The notes beneath the pieces were generated by a model, which worked only from the letters and a program-made list of their open reading frames with translations, did no database searches and was not told the origin of the DNA. A stretch of DNA of 57,080 nt, the filler included, from Chlamydiales bacterium (GTDB taxonomy: Bacteria > Chlamydiota > Chlamydiia > Chlamydiales > JACRBE01): assembly GCA_016213235.1 (NCBI GenBank). It is 4 parts of 4 records of this genome, joined end to end, with 100 filler letters (N's around TTAATTAATTAA, not from the genome) between each part and the next. Parts side by side here need not be neighbours in the genome. Positions count along the whole stretch, not along the records: positions 28,753 to 48,835 come from JACRBE010000002.1; 3 more parts are not named here. One strand, given 5' to 3'. The position numbers and the translations under genes were made by a program. Below, in pieces: positions 29,268 to 38,683 of this stretch (positions are counted from its first letter, which is position 1; every line of letters begins with the position of its first letter).

Positions 29268-30385
29268 GATCTACAGGTTCTATTGGGCGTCAGGCTTTGT
29301 CTGTAATAGAATCAACGGATGCTTTTGAAGTAGTGGGACTCGCGGCCCTCTCTTCTCTTGACCTTTTAATAGAACAAAACAAACAATTTCATCCGAAAAA
29401 AATAGCTATTTTTGATGAGATAGTTGTACAAAAAGCAAAAACATTACTGCCCGTCAATAAAATCCTTAGTGGCAGAGAAGGACTATTAGAACTTGTCCAT
29501 GAGAAGGCAGATATTGTTATTGCCGCTATGACCGGTATGGAAGCATTAGCACCTATTGCAAAAGCAATTGAACTCAAAAAAGATATTGCCATTGCAAATA
29601 AGGAACTACTTGTTGCCGCTGGAGAATATATTATGCTGCTTGCTAAGAAATATAAAGTAAATATATTGCCTATTGACAGTGAACATAGTGCTATTTTTCA
29701 GCTTCTTGATCATCAGGATAGATCACAGTTAGAAAAGATTATTATTACTGCGTCCGGAGGTCCTTTCAGAGACTATAGCGAAGATAGATTATCCTCTATT
29801 ACGTTGAAAGAGGCACTAAAACATCCTACCTGGCAAATGGGAGTGAAAAATACAATAGATTCATCTACATTGATGAATAAAGGATTAGAGGTAATAGAGG
29901 CAAAATGGCTCTTTGGTTTAGACATAGATCAAATTGATGTTGTTGTGCACCCGCAAAGTATTATTCATAGTATGGTAGAGTGGAAGGATCATTCGTATTA
30001 TGCGCAGCTTTCTAACCCTTCTATGGAGCTTCCTATAGCTTTTGCGCTGCACTACCCAAGTAGATATGCTACTGCTAACATCAAGCCTCTTGACTTCAGT
30101 CAATTTTTACAATTACAGTTTTATCCACCAGACAAAAGAAAATTTAAGTGTCTTGATTTAGCATATGATGCTTTAAAAATAGGCAAAAGTATGCCATGCT
30201 TTATGAATGCAGTGAATGAAGAGTTGGTAAAGCGTTTTGTTAATCACGATATTTCCTGGTTACAAATTTCTGCCCTGCTAGAAAAATTAATGAAAAAACA
30301 TCGTCCAGAGCAAATAAAATATATAGACGATGTACTGGCAATAGATCATGAAGCTAGAAAATTAGCACAATCGGTAAATGGTTAG
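29240..30385 (+). CDS. dxr: 1-deoxy-D-xylulose-5-phosphate reductoisomerase
   Basis: LGSTGSIG, ANKE, PIDSEH, TASGGPF, MNKGLEVIEA. Confidence 0.98.
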   Translation: MEKKKVIILGSTGSIGRQALSVIESTDAFEVVGLAALSSLDLLIEQNKQFHPKKIAIFDEIVVQKAKTLLPVNKILSGREGLLELVHEKADIVIAAMTGMEALAPIAKAIELKKDIAIANKELLVAAGEYIMLLAKKYKVNILPIDSEHSAIFQLLDHQDRSQLEKIIITASGGPFRDYSEDRLSSITLKEALKHPTWQMGVKNTIDSSTLMNKGLEVIEAKWLFGLDIDQIDVVVHPQSIIHSMVEWKDHSYYAQLSNPSMELPIAFALHYPSRYATANIKPLDFSQFLQLQFYPPDKRKFKCLDLAYDALKIGKSMPCFMNAVNEELVKRFVNHDISWLQISALLEKLMKKHRPEQIKYIDDVLAIDHEARKLAQSVNG

Positions 30386-30393
30386 GAGTTACC

Positions 30394-32343
30394 ATGTTAA
30401 GTATTTTATATATCCTTCTTGGAGCAATTGGACTTGGTTTTTTGGTGTTTATCCATGAACTGGGACATTATGTTGTCGCTCGTAGAGTGGGAATGAAGGT
30501 TGAAGTGTTTAGCATAGGATTTGGTAAACCCTTTTATACGTTTTGGTTTCAGGGAGTAAAATGGCAGGTATGCTATTTGCTTTTTGGTGGATTTGTAAAA
30601 ATTGCTGGTATGGAAAAAGAGGGCACTTTAGAGCCTCATGAAATAAAAAATGGTTTTTTTGGTAGAACACCACTCGATAGAATAAAGGTTGCCCTAGCTG
30701 GCCCTTTAGTTAATATTATCTTTGCATTTGTTGCCTTTTCTATTATTTTTTTTCTAGGTGGAAGAGAAAAACCGTTTTCTGAATATACAAAAATTATTGG
30801 ATATGTGGACGCCTCTTCAGAAGCGTATCAAAAAGGAATGAGACCAGGCGATCAACTCACTGCAATTGATGGGCATGAGTTCAAGGGATTTCATGATCTT
30901 TTATACAGCTCTGTACTGAATCAGGAAAGAATCAATATTAGTGGTATTCATGAATACGACTACCAAAAAGATCAGGTGCCCTTTCAATTGAATTTATCAT
31001 TTTATCCACATCCTTATGCAACCAATACTGGTGTGCGCACCTTTGGAGTACTTGCTCCTGCAATGTTTTTAGTATATGAACCTATGTCAGATGGCAGAAA
31101 TAACCCCATACCAAAAAAATCTTCAATGTTTGACAGCGGTATCCAATATGGTGATCGTATCATCTGGGCAGATGGAGATATCGTATTTTCTGTGTCACAA
31201 TTACAATCCATTGTCAATCGTAAAACATCATTGCTTACTGTAAAAAGAGATCACAACACCTTTTTTATCAGAGTACCACGATTGCATGTTAGCGATTTGA
31301 GAATTTCTCATGATCAACTTGCAGAATTAGATGACTGGCAACATGAACTGGGAATAAAAGGTGATATAAAAAATCTTGTTTTTATCCCTTATAACATTGA
31401 CGCTCATTGCCATATTGAGCATGCAGTGACATTCATTGATGATGAGTCAAAACAAAATCATGTAAGCAGCTCCTTGCTTTCTCCGTTAGATCAAGTGTTA
31501 GTAAAAGGGGATCGTATTATTGCGGTAGATGGTAAAGAGGTGGTATCTGCTTTTCAATTGCTGAGAGAAATACAAGAGAAAAAAGTACAGATCATCGTGG
31601 ATAGATCCAATAATTACCCAAAACAGATCTCTTCAAAAAATCAAGATGAGATATTTGTAAAAAGTATCAATTGGTCGCAATTAAAAGAGTTGATAAATGT
31701 GATGGCAAGTCACCAAAAAACTACTCATGTAGGCACTCTTTACAGGTTAAATCCGGTTACACCTATTGCACAAAAAATATTTCCTCGATCTGATACAAAA
31801 CAGGACTTAATTGATTCTCAAACAGAAAATTATTTAAAAAAAGTGGATGAGATAAAAGATCCTAAAGAAAAAGAAAAAGCGCTTCATGCACTGGAAAATT
31901 ATCAAAATCGACTATTTTTAGGAATAGCACTTCAGGATAAGCAGGTAAACTATAACCCGGCTCCCTGGCAGCTATTTGCACAAGTTTGTCAAGATATGTT
32001 TAAAACAATAGGAGCCCTTTTTAGTGGCAGCTTAAATCCAAAATGGATGTCTGGTCCTGTTGGAGTTATTCATGTGATGCATCACGGGTGGAGCCTTGGT
32101 ATAAAAGAGGCGCTTTATTGGCTTGGCATGATTAGCTTGGGACTTGGATTTTCCAATCTATTGCCTATACCTGTTTTAGATGGTGGATACATTTGTTTTT
32201 CCATCTGGGAAATAATTACTGGAAGACCGATAAAAGCAAAGATAATGGAACGGATGATCATCCCTTTTGTTGTTTTATTAATATTATTTTTTATCTTTGT
32301 TACCTATCACGATTTAATGAGATTATTCTATAGGATATTTTAA
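30394..32343 (+). CDS. rseP: RseP/site-2 (M50) membrane metalloprotease with PDZ domains
   Basis: HELGH, FSIGFG, AGPLVN, NLLPIPVLDGG. Confidence 0.93.
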   Translation: MLSILYILLGAIGLGFLVFIHELGHYVVARRVGMKVEVFSIGFGKPFYTFWFQGVKWQVCYLLFGGFVKIAGMEKEGTLEPHEIKNGFFGRTPLDRIKVALAGPLVNIIFAFVAFSIIFFLGGREKPFSEYTKIIGYVDASSEAYQKGMRPGDQLTAIDGHEFKGFHDLLYSSVLNQERINISGIHEYDYQKDQVPFQLNLSFYPHPYATNTGVRTFGVLAPAMFLVYEPMSDGRNNPIPKKSSMFDSGIQYGDRIIWADGDIVFSVSQLQSIVNRKTSLLTVKRDHNTFFIRVPRLHVSDLRISHDQLAELDDWQHELGIKGDIKNLVFIPYNIDAHCHIEHAVTFIDDESKQNHVSSSLLSPLDQVLVKGDRIIAVDGKEVVSAFQLLREIQEKKVQIIVDRSNNYPKQISSKNQDEIFVKSINWSQLKELINVMASHQKTTHVGTLYRLNPVTPIAQKIFPRSDTKQDLIDSQTENYLKKVDEIKDPKEKEKALHALENYQNRLFLGIALQDKQVNYNPAPWQLFAQVCQDMFKTIGALFSGSLNPKWMSGPVGVIHVMHHGWSLGIKEALYWLGMISLGLGFSNLLPIPVLDGGYICFSIWEIITGRPIKAKIMERMIIPFVVLLILFFIFVTYHDLMRLFYRIF

Positions 32344-32347
32344 GCAA

Positions 32348-32413
32348 TAGACTTCTTACGTAACTCGCTAATGGCGACTTAAAACGGCCGAATGGGGTTA
32401 CGCAAGAAGCCTA
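32348..32413. mobile_element. 66-bp MITE-like palindromic element
   Basis: Terminal inverted repeats TAGACTTCTTACGTAACTC / GGGTTACGCAAGAAGCCTA (16/19 match), TA at both ends. Confidence 0.6.
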
Positions 32414-32439
32414 ATGATACCCACTGTTGAAGCTTTATT

Positions 32440-32495
32440 GAATGTATACAAAACCACTCTTTTTGTATACATTCGCAAGCAGGATGTATACAAAA
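32440..32495. promoter_or_regulatory. Operator-like three-part motif, copy 1
   Basis: GAATGTATACAAAA-N7-TTTTGTATACATTC-N9-ATGTATACAAAA. Confidence 0.7.
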
Positions 32496-32653
32496 ATAAA
32501 ACTTGATAGCGCATGTATCAAAGAATAAGTAGCTTAGTTGGCTAATTAACTGTCATGGTTTATTCTATTCCCTTTTTCTCCTTAATTAATATTTTTAAGA
32601 AAAACATATTTATCTATTTGATTAATAATGATTTATATTAGGTCGTAATTATA

Positions 32654-32708
32654 AATGTATACAAAAATCGATGTTTTGTATATATTCAAGGTTGAAATGT
32701 TCACAAAA
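32654..32708. promoter_or_regulatory. Operator-like three-part motif, copy 2, just upstream of the Fic start
   Basis: AATGTATACAAAA-N7-TTTTGTATATATTC-N9-ATGTTCACAAAA. Confidence 0.7.
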
Positions 32709-32724
32709 AATAGAAGTTGATAGC

Positions 32725-33885
32725 ATGTGGCGCAGAACAGGATATTTAGTTGATCAGCCAAATGGGTATAAGGCTTTTATGCCACTTCCTTTTCCTCCTC
32801 AAAAATCAATATCGCTTTCTTCTAAATTGGAGATAAAGCATGGAGAGGCAATGAGGCTCATTGGCAAATTGGATGGTATTAGCCAACTACTTCCGGATAA
32901 AGATTTTTTTCTTTTGATGTTTGTTAGAAAAGAAGCAGCCTCTTCAAGTCAAATTGAGGGAACTCAGGCAACAATGATTGATGCAATTGAAGCAGAAGTA
33001 ATCCCCCCATCTGCTCAAGCAAAAGATGTGGATGACATTATATGTTATATTCGTGCATTAAACTATGGAATAGAACGTTTTGCTACATTACCTATTTCTG
33101 TTCGCTTTATTCGAGAGCTGCATAAACAATTAATGACAGGTGCTCGTGCATCGCATCATCCCTTTCCGGGAGACTTTCGTTATACCCAAAACTGGATTGG
33201 AGGGACATCCCCTTCAAATGCAAGATTTGTACCACCGCCTCCTTCTGAAGTGCCAAGAGCTCTTGGAGACATCGAACAATTTATCCATAATAAAAATGAT
33301 GGTTATCCTCCTCTTATTAAAGCGGCATTATTGCATGCTCAGTTTGAAACAATACACCCTTTTACAGATGGCAATGGAAGAACTGGACGCCTTCTTGTAA
33401 CCATGTTCGTATGGCAAGAGAAGTTATTAGAACTTCCTTTGCTTTATTTATCTGATTTTTTTAAGAAACATCAGCATATATATTATGAGCGTCTGCAAGC
33501 TTATCACAACGATCCTGCAGATGTGAATGCTTGGCTTGATTTTTTTTTAGATGGTATTATTGCAACAACAGCTTCTGCAATTCGGATCGCCTCAAGTATT
33601 ACAACTATCAGAGAAAACGATATGGCAAAAATCCATAAACTAGGTAAAACAGCGGCTTCTACAGCAGTTGATGTACTACGTAATTTGTTTCGCCAGCCTA
33701 TCGTTAATGTATCAAAAATCCAAGAATGGACGAGAGTAAAAACAAGAGCAGGAGCGCAAAAAATTATTGATCGATTAATCGATCTTGAGATTCTCATTCA
33801 AAGAGATCCTAAGAAAACTTATGGAAGAACTTATGAATATCACTCCTATCTTCAACTTTTTCAGAAAGATGAGACTGGATCATAA
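32725..33885 (+). CDS. Fic-family AMP transferase (class II, Fic_N + Fic + C-terminal wHTH)
   Basis: HPFTDGNGRTGR catalytic motif, inhibitory SSQIEG upstream; ATG 32725 preferred because ATG 32671 lies within the operator-like motif. Confidence 0.93.
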   Translation: MWRRTGYLVDQPNGYKAFMPLPFPPQKSISLSSKLEIKHGEAMRLIGKLDGISQLLPDKDFFLLMFVRKEAASSSQIEGTQATMIDAIEAEVIPPSAQAKDVDDIICYIRALNYGIERFATLPISVRFIRELHKQLMTGARASHHPFPGDFRYTQNWIGGTSPSNARFVPPPPSEVPRALGDIEQFIHNKNDGYPPLIKAALLHAQFETIHPFTDGNGRTGRLLVTMFVWQEKLLELPLLYLSDFFKKHQHIYYERLQAYHNDPADVNAWLDFFLDGIIATTASAIRIASSITTIRENDMAKIHKLGKTAASTAVDVLRNLFRQPIVNVSKIQEWTRVKTRAGAQKIIDRLIDLEILIQRDPKKTYGRTYEYHSYLQLFQKDETGS

Positions 33886-33924
33886 TCCCTTTTGAAAGTT
33901 GAGACATTTTGGCTTCTATTTCTT

Positions 33925-34121
33925 ATGTTAAGGACAATAATCAGAGGGTGGGCTAATTATTTTGGATTAGCACAAAAACGAAACATCTTTAATAGCTTAG
34001 ATAGCTGGATCTGACGCAGATTGAGAAGTATTGTCTGGCGTCAATGGAAAAGAGCACGCACTCGATCCCGCACGTACGGGGGTGTGAGAGGACGGGAGTC
34101 CAAGACTCCCTCCTACTCGAT
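33925..34121 (+). mobile_element. Group IIC intron remnant (maturase domain X fragment + partial DV + DVI)
   Basis: Translates IIRGWANYFGLA...LDSWI*RRLRSIVWRQWKRARTR; 3' end CCCGCACGTACGGGGGTGTGAGAGGACGGGAGTCCAAGACTCCCTCCTACTCGAT. Confidence 0.9.
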
Positions 34122-34142
34122 TTGTAACAGGAGAAAAAACGA

Positions 34143-36068
34143 TTATTTTTTCTCATCATCGATGATTTCAACTTCTGCTTCTTCCATCTCTTCTGCTTGA
34201 TTAGCTTGTTGAGCAGACGGACCCTGTTGCTGAGCAGAAGCCCCAGCTTGAGGATTTGCCTGCGCATGCTTTGCTAGCTCTTCTCCAATTTTTTGCATGG
34301 TGGTGTTAAGCTGCGCTGTAGCAGATTTCATCTGATCTAAATTATTAGACTCGATTGCTTTTTTCACCGATTCTACTTTGGACTGTATTTCACTTGCAAT
34401 ATTGCCAGGAATTTTGTCCTTGTATTCATTGAGTGCTTTTTCTGCTCTGAACACAGTAGCATCCGCTTCGTTTTTAGTATCGATTACTTCTTTGCGTTTT
34501 TTATCTTCTTCTTGATGTATTTCTGCATCTTTTACCATGCGCTTAATTTCTTCATCATTAAGCCCTGATTTTGCAGCAATCTTGATTTTTTGCTGCTTAC
34601 CAGTTCCTAAATCCTTTGCAGAAACATGTAAAATACCATCAGCATCAATATCAAAAGCAACTTCAATTTGTGGAGAACCTCTTGATGCGGGAGGTATTTC
34701 AGTAAGATCAAAACGGCCAATCTCTTTATTATCTTGAGCCATTTGACGCTCTCCTTGCAATACTACAATGGTAACTGCAGGCTGATTGTCCGATGCTGTA
34801 GAAAAGACCTGTTTTTTCTGTACAGGTATGGTTGTGTTTCTTTCTACTATAGCAGTCATGACACCACCTAAGGTTTCAATACCAAGTGTAAGTGGAATAA
34901 CATCTAGTAAAAGTACATCTTTTACTTCACCACCAAGTACACCACCTTGTATTGCAGCACCTATCGCTACTACTTCATCAGGGTTTACCCCTTTGTGAGG
35001 CTCCATGTTAAAGAGTTCTTTTACTTTTGCTTGAACAGCCGGCATACGCGTCATACCACCAACTAAGATGACATCATCTAGTTTGGAAATACCAGCATCT
35101 TGCATAGCTTTTCTGCATGGATTCGTGCATCTCTCAATTAGATCATGCGTTAGCTCTTCTAACTTTGCTCGAGTAAGTGTTAAGGTAAGGTGTTTTGGTC
35201 CACTAGCATCCATCGTAATAAATGGCTGGTTGATCTCGGTAGATGGTGTACCAGAAAGCTCAATTTTTGCTTTTTCTGCAGCATCTTTTAAACGTTGCAG
35301 AGCCATTTTATCTAATGATAAATCAATGTTAGTTTCTTTTTTAAACTCTTTTACTAGCCACCTGATGATTCTATCATCAAAGTCATCACCACCAAGATGA
35401 GTATCTCCATTAGTAGCAAGTACTTCAAATACCCCATCACCAATTTCTAATATCGAAATATCAAACGTTCCACCACCTAAGTCAAACACGGCGATTTTTT
35501 TATCTTGCCCTTGCTTATCCAGTCCGTAAGCAAGCGCAGCTGCTGTTGGCTCTGGAATGATTCTCTTCACATCAAGACCGGCAATTTTACCAGCATCTTT
35601 TGTAGATTGTCTTTGAGAATCATTAAAGTAAGCAGGAACCGTAATAATTGCTTCTGTTACCTCTTCTCCAAGATATGCTTCTGCTGTTTCTTTCATCTTG
35701 ATTAAGATTTGAGCTCCAACTTCCTCAGGAGAAGTCAGCCTTCCATCAATTTCAAATACAGCATCACCATTTTGGTTAGCTGTTACTTTGTATGGGACCA
35801 TCTTGATTTCTGATTCAACTTCAGCAGCTTTTCTTCCAATAAATCTCTTGGAAGAATAAATTGTTTTTTCTGGATTTGTAACTGCTTGGCGTTTTGCAGG
35901 TATCCCTACAAGTCTTTCAGCACCTTTATAAGCCACAATAGAAGGAGTTGTTCTAGTGCCTTCCATGTTAGCAATCACTTTTGCTTGGCCACCCTCCATT
36001 ACAGCAACGCAGGAGTTGGTTGTTCCAAGGTCAATTCCTATAATTTTTCCAGATTTTTTCTTTGTCAT
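34143..36068 (-). CDS. dnaK: Chaperone DnaK
   Basis: [32 protein letters not shown]. Confidence 0.99.
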   Translation of the reverse strand: MTKKKSGKIIGIDLGTTNSCVAVMEGGQAKVIANMEGTRTTPSIVAYKGAERLVGIPAKRQAVTNPEKTIYSSKRFIGRKAAEVESEIKMVPYKVTANQNGDAVFEIDGRLTSPEEVGAQILIKMKETAEAYLGEEVTEAIITVPAYFNDSQRQSTKDAGKIAGLDVKRIIPEPTAAALAYGLDKQGQDKKIAVFDLGGGTFDISILEIGDGVFEVLATNGDTHLGGDDFDDRIIRWLVKEFKKETNIDLSLDKMALQRLKDAAEKAKIELSGTPSTEINQPFITMDASGPKHLTLTLTRAKLEELTHDLIERCTNPCRKAMQDAGISKLDDVILVGGMTRMPAVQAKVKELFNMEPHKGVNPDEVVAIGAAIQGGVLGGEVKDVLLLDVIPLTLGIETLGGVMTAIVERNTTIPVQKKQVFSTASDNQPAVTIVVLQGERQMAQDNKEIGRFDLTEIPPASRGSPQIEVAFDIDADGILHVSAKDLGTGKQQKIKIAAKSGLNDEEIKRMVKDAEIHQEEDKKRKEVIDTKNEADATVFRAEKALNEYKDKIPGNIASEIQSKVESVKKAIESNNLDQMKSATAQLNTTMQKIGEELAKHAQANPQAGASAQQQGPSAQQANQAEEMEEAEVEIIDDEKK

Positions 36069-36136
36069 ATTTTTCTCCTAACTTTATGAATATTCCTGGT
36101 TTACATCCTAATTGTTAAGGTGTACACCTAGAATGC

Positions 36137-36733
36137 TCATTCCTTATTTTTCTCTTGTTTTTTTGTTACTTTTACTTTTGCAGGGCGCAGTACTCGGTCC
36201 CCACATTTATAGCCCTTTACAAACTCACCTACAATCAAACCATCTTCTCCTTCCATGATATCCACCATTTCCACCGCTTCATGGAAATAAGGATCAAAGG
36301 TTTCTCCTATGGAAGAATAGGATGTAACTCCATGCTCTGCTAATACGGTTTTTAACTGCTCCACCAGCATGTTAAACCCAAATACCCAGTTTTTTGTTTC
36401 TACTGACATTTGATCGGTAAATTTCATTGCATTTTCCATACTGTCGAGCGGAGTTAAAAAATCGCATAGTATGTTTTCGACCGCAAATTTCATCATTTCT
36501 TGTTTTTCTTTCTGCAGTCTTTTTCTAGTATTTTCAAGCTCTGCTAATGTTAATAAGTACTTGTTTTTATATTCATTTGCTTCTTCTAAACTTTTTCTTA
36601 GCTGCTCTAATTGCAGGTCACTCATTGATGTTAGAGTCTCTGCTTCCACCTGCTCACAGCAGTTTTCATTGATTTCACAACCACAATCACTCATTTGTTC
36701 CTCTTCTTGCTGGTTATCATTTTTTTTCTCCAT
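36137..36733 (-). CDS. grpE: Nucleotide exchange factor GrpE
   Basis: AELENTRKR, FDPYFHEAV, GY...DRVLRPAKV. Confidence 0.97.
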   Translation of the reverse strand: MEKKNDNQQEEEQMSDCGCEINENCCEQVEAETLTSMSDLQLEQLRKSLEEANEYKNKYLLTLAELENTRKRLQKEKQEMMKFAVENILCDFLTPLDSMENAMKFTDQMSVETKNWVFGFNMLVEQLKTVLAEHGVTSYSSIGETFDPYFHEAVEMVDIMEGEDGLIVGEFVKGYKCGDRVLRPAKVKVTKKQEKNKE

Positions 36734-36745
36734 TATTTGCCCCCC

Positions 36746-37891
36746 CTATTTCCGCTTATCTTCAATCATGGCTTGAGAAGAGAACTCAAGACTCTTCCAT
36801 AGTGTGTTACTCTCTTCCGGATAAGCCTGATGCCAAGCTATTTTAAACTTATAAATACTTTTCGTTAAGTTTTCTGATAGATATTTGGAAAAGGCATCTA
36901 AAATAGCAAAATACTTTGGATAGTGCATTCTACTAGGCCCTAAAATAGCTAAGGCTCCTACAGGTCTATGATGAATATAATAAGGTATTGCTATTAATGA
37001 AAACTCTTCATTGTTGATGGAATATGCTTGTAAATCTTTTCCTATCCAAAACTTTAACTTTTTTAGTTGCAGGGTCTCTTTTAATAAAGAGCTGATTAAA
37101 TTTGGTTTATCAAAAATTTGTAGTCCATTTGATAAAATAGTCGTATCCTGACATTCAGGATGTTTTAATAACTGCGCAAGTCCTGCCTTATAAATAGGAG
37201 ACTTTTGTGGTGTTGTAAAATGTAATATGTTACGAAGCGCTATTTCATTAAAACAACGTTCAGCAAATGTCCTTTCTTCTCCTGATAACTCTTTTGTCTC
37301 TTGATTAGATAGCTTTGCTGCAAAAAATTCCTCAATTCTTTTTAAAGAAAAACTGCCAAGCTTGATTTGTGTATAGAGCACTTCTGTATGTACAAAACCA
37401 AAATTAGTTAAAATAATACATAAAATACGATGTGTATCTAACCCAACTAATTTCACATTAACAATAAAATCTTGATCAAAAATAGGAGCAGATAAAAAAC
37501 ATGCACAATTTGTTAACATCGATAAATGATCTAGAGATTGTTCTAAATAGGTGTTGATCTCTTGTGTTTCTTTGCTAAGGAGTGTGTGCAGTTGCAGATC
37601 ATAATGAGGTTCTAAATGATAGGTCTCTTCCATGGCAGTTGCATAAAATTTATACGCAAGATCTGTGGGTACTCTGCCGCCAGATGTATGGTGCTGCTTT
37701 AAATACCCCTCTTTTTCTAGTTTAGCAAAATAATTGCGAATCGTTGCAGAACTAATAGCCTCAAAACCATGGTCTTTGAGCGTGTTGGAGCCTATCGGTT
37801 TCCCAGTCCTTACAAATAAATCAATAAGACCGAGTAAAACCTTTCTCTCTCTATCTTTCTTTGGATTTTTCTTTAAATCAGTTTTTTTCAT
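36746..37891 (-). CDS. hrcA: Heat-inducible repressor HrcA
   Basis: PIGS..L, SSATIRNYFA.LE..GYL.Q.HTSGGRVPT, LGPSRM.Y. Confidence 0.97.
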   Translation of the reverse strand: MKKTDLKKNPKKDRERKVLLGLIDLFVRTGKPIGSNTLKDHGFEAISSATIRNYFAKLEKEGYLKQHHTSGGRVPTDLAYKFYATAMEETYHLEPHYDLQLHTLLSKETQEINTYLEQSLDHLSMLTNCACFLSAPIFDQDFIVNVKLVGLDTHRILCIILTNFGFVHTEVLYTQIKLGSFSLKRIEEFFAAKLSNQETKELSGEERTFAERCFNEIALRNILHFTTPQKSPIYKAGLAQLLKHPECQDTTILSNGLQIFDKPNLISSLLKETLQLKKLKFWIGKDLQAYSINNEEFSLIAIPYYIHHRPVGALAILGPSRMHYPKYFAILDAFSKYLSENLTKSIYKFKIAWHQAYPEESNTLWKSLEFSSQAMIEDKRK

Positions 37892-37935
37892 AATCCCAGA
37901 TTATAACAAACCGATCGGCTTTCAACAAGCAAAAA

Positions 37936-37962
37936 TTAGCACTCTTTTTGCAAGTCTGCTTG
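37936..37962. promoter_or_regulatory. CIRCE element (HrcA operator), one degenerate arm
   Basis: TTAGCACTC-N9-GTCTGCTTG vs consensus TTAGCACTC-N9-GAGTGCTAA, 45 bp upstream of hrcA. Confidence 0.8.
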
Positions 37963-38157
37963 TTTTTTCTCTAATGTATTAACAATCAGCAACATAAATG
38001 TAATTTTTTAAAAGAGCAAAAAAAGATCAAAATATGGTATCCTATAGTCACACAAAAAGGTTTTTCCAAAGAATTAGGTATTCTTCCGCATCGGGGGATT
38101 GATTGGATTGATAACCTGGAATAATGTCAGAAAACAACTTAAAAAGGGGGGAAATAT

Positions 38158-38625
38158 ATGTCAGAGGTGACAGCAACACCAAGCTCTATCACATTTTTGA
38201 GTATGCCATCCGGTAAAATTGAGAAATATCCATATGAATCATGGCTTGCAGCTATTGAACGTCGTAAAGATGTCGATGCTACCGGACAACTTACTTTCAC
38301 TATAAGACTGGAGCTATTTGTAAATGAGGTTTCAGAAAGATTATGTAAGGGAGTGGGAAGTATTGGGCCTATGCCTCGAGGATTACTCAAAATTGATGAG
38401 CGGATTATAAGAGCAGTGAGTCGTCAAATGGCTTCGTTATCACCATCAGATGAGACTCCCGGATTGAGGGACTATAAGATAGCAGGTGCTCGTGACAAAA
38501 AAAACTGGATAATAGTGACTGTACAGCGACATGCAGCAGAACTTGTATCAGGCCGCCCAGTCATAGCAAGTGCTAGCGAAGAAACAGCCCCTTATAAGTC
38601 ACCGGTGGAGGAAGATTTTACATAA
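38158..38625 (+). CDS. Hypothetical protein
   Basis: 155-aa ORF filling the intergenic space, G-rich Shine-Dalgarno, S/T-rich N-terminus. Confidence 0.65.
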   Translation: MSEVTATPSSITFLSMPSGKIEKYPYESWLAAIERRKDVDATGQLTFTIRLELFVNEVSERLCKGVGSIGPMPRGLLKIDERIIRAVSRQMASLSPSDETPGLRDYKIAGARDKKNWIIVTVQRHAAELVSGRPVIASASEETAPYKSPVEEDFT

Positions 38626-38683
38626 TAGCATGCTTGTTAACACGTAAGTCTTTGCACAGGGAAGTATCTATTTCCTTGTTTCG

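Noticed and set aside
33989..34267. 92-aa minus-strand ORF
   Set aside because: Out-of-frame overlap with the dnaK 3' end and antisense to the intron relic
36118..36129. AGGTGTACACCT palindrome between grpE and dnaK
   Set aside because: Single 12-bp palindrome without U-tract or second copy; cannot be assigned a function
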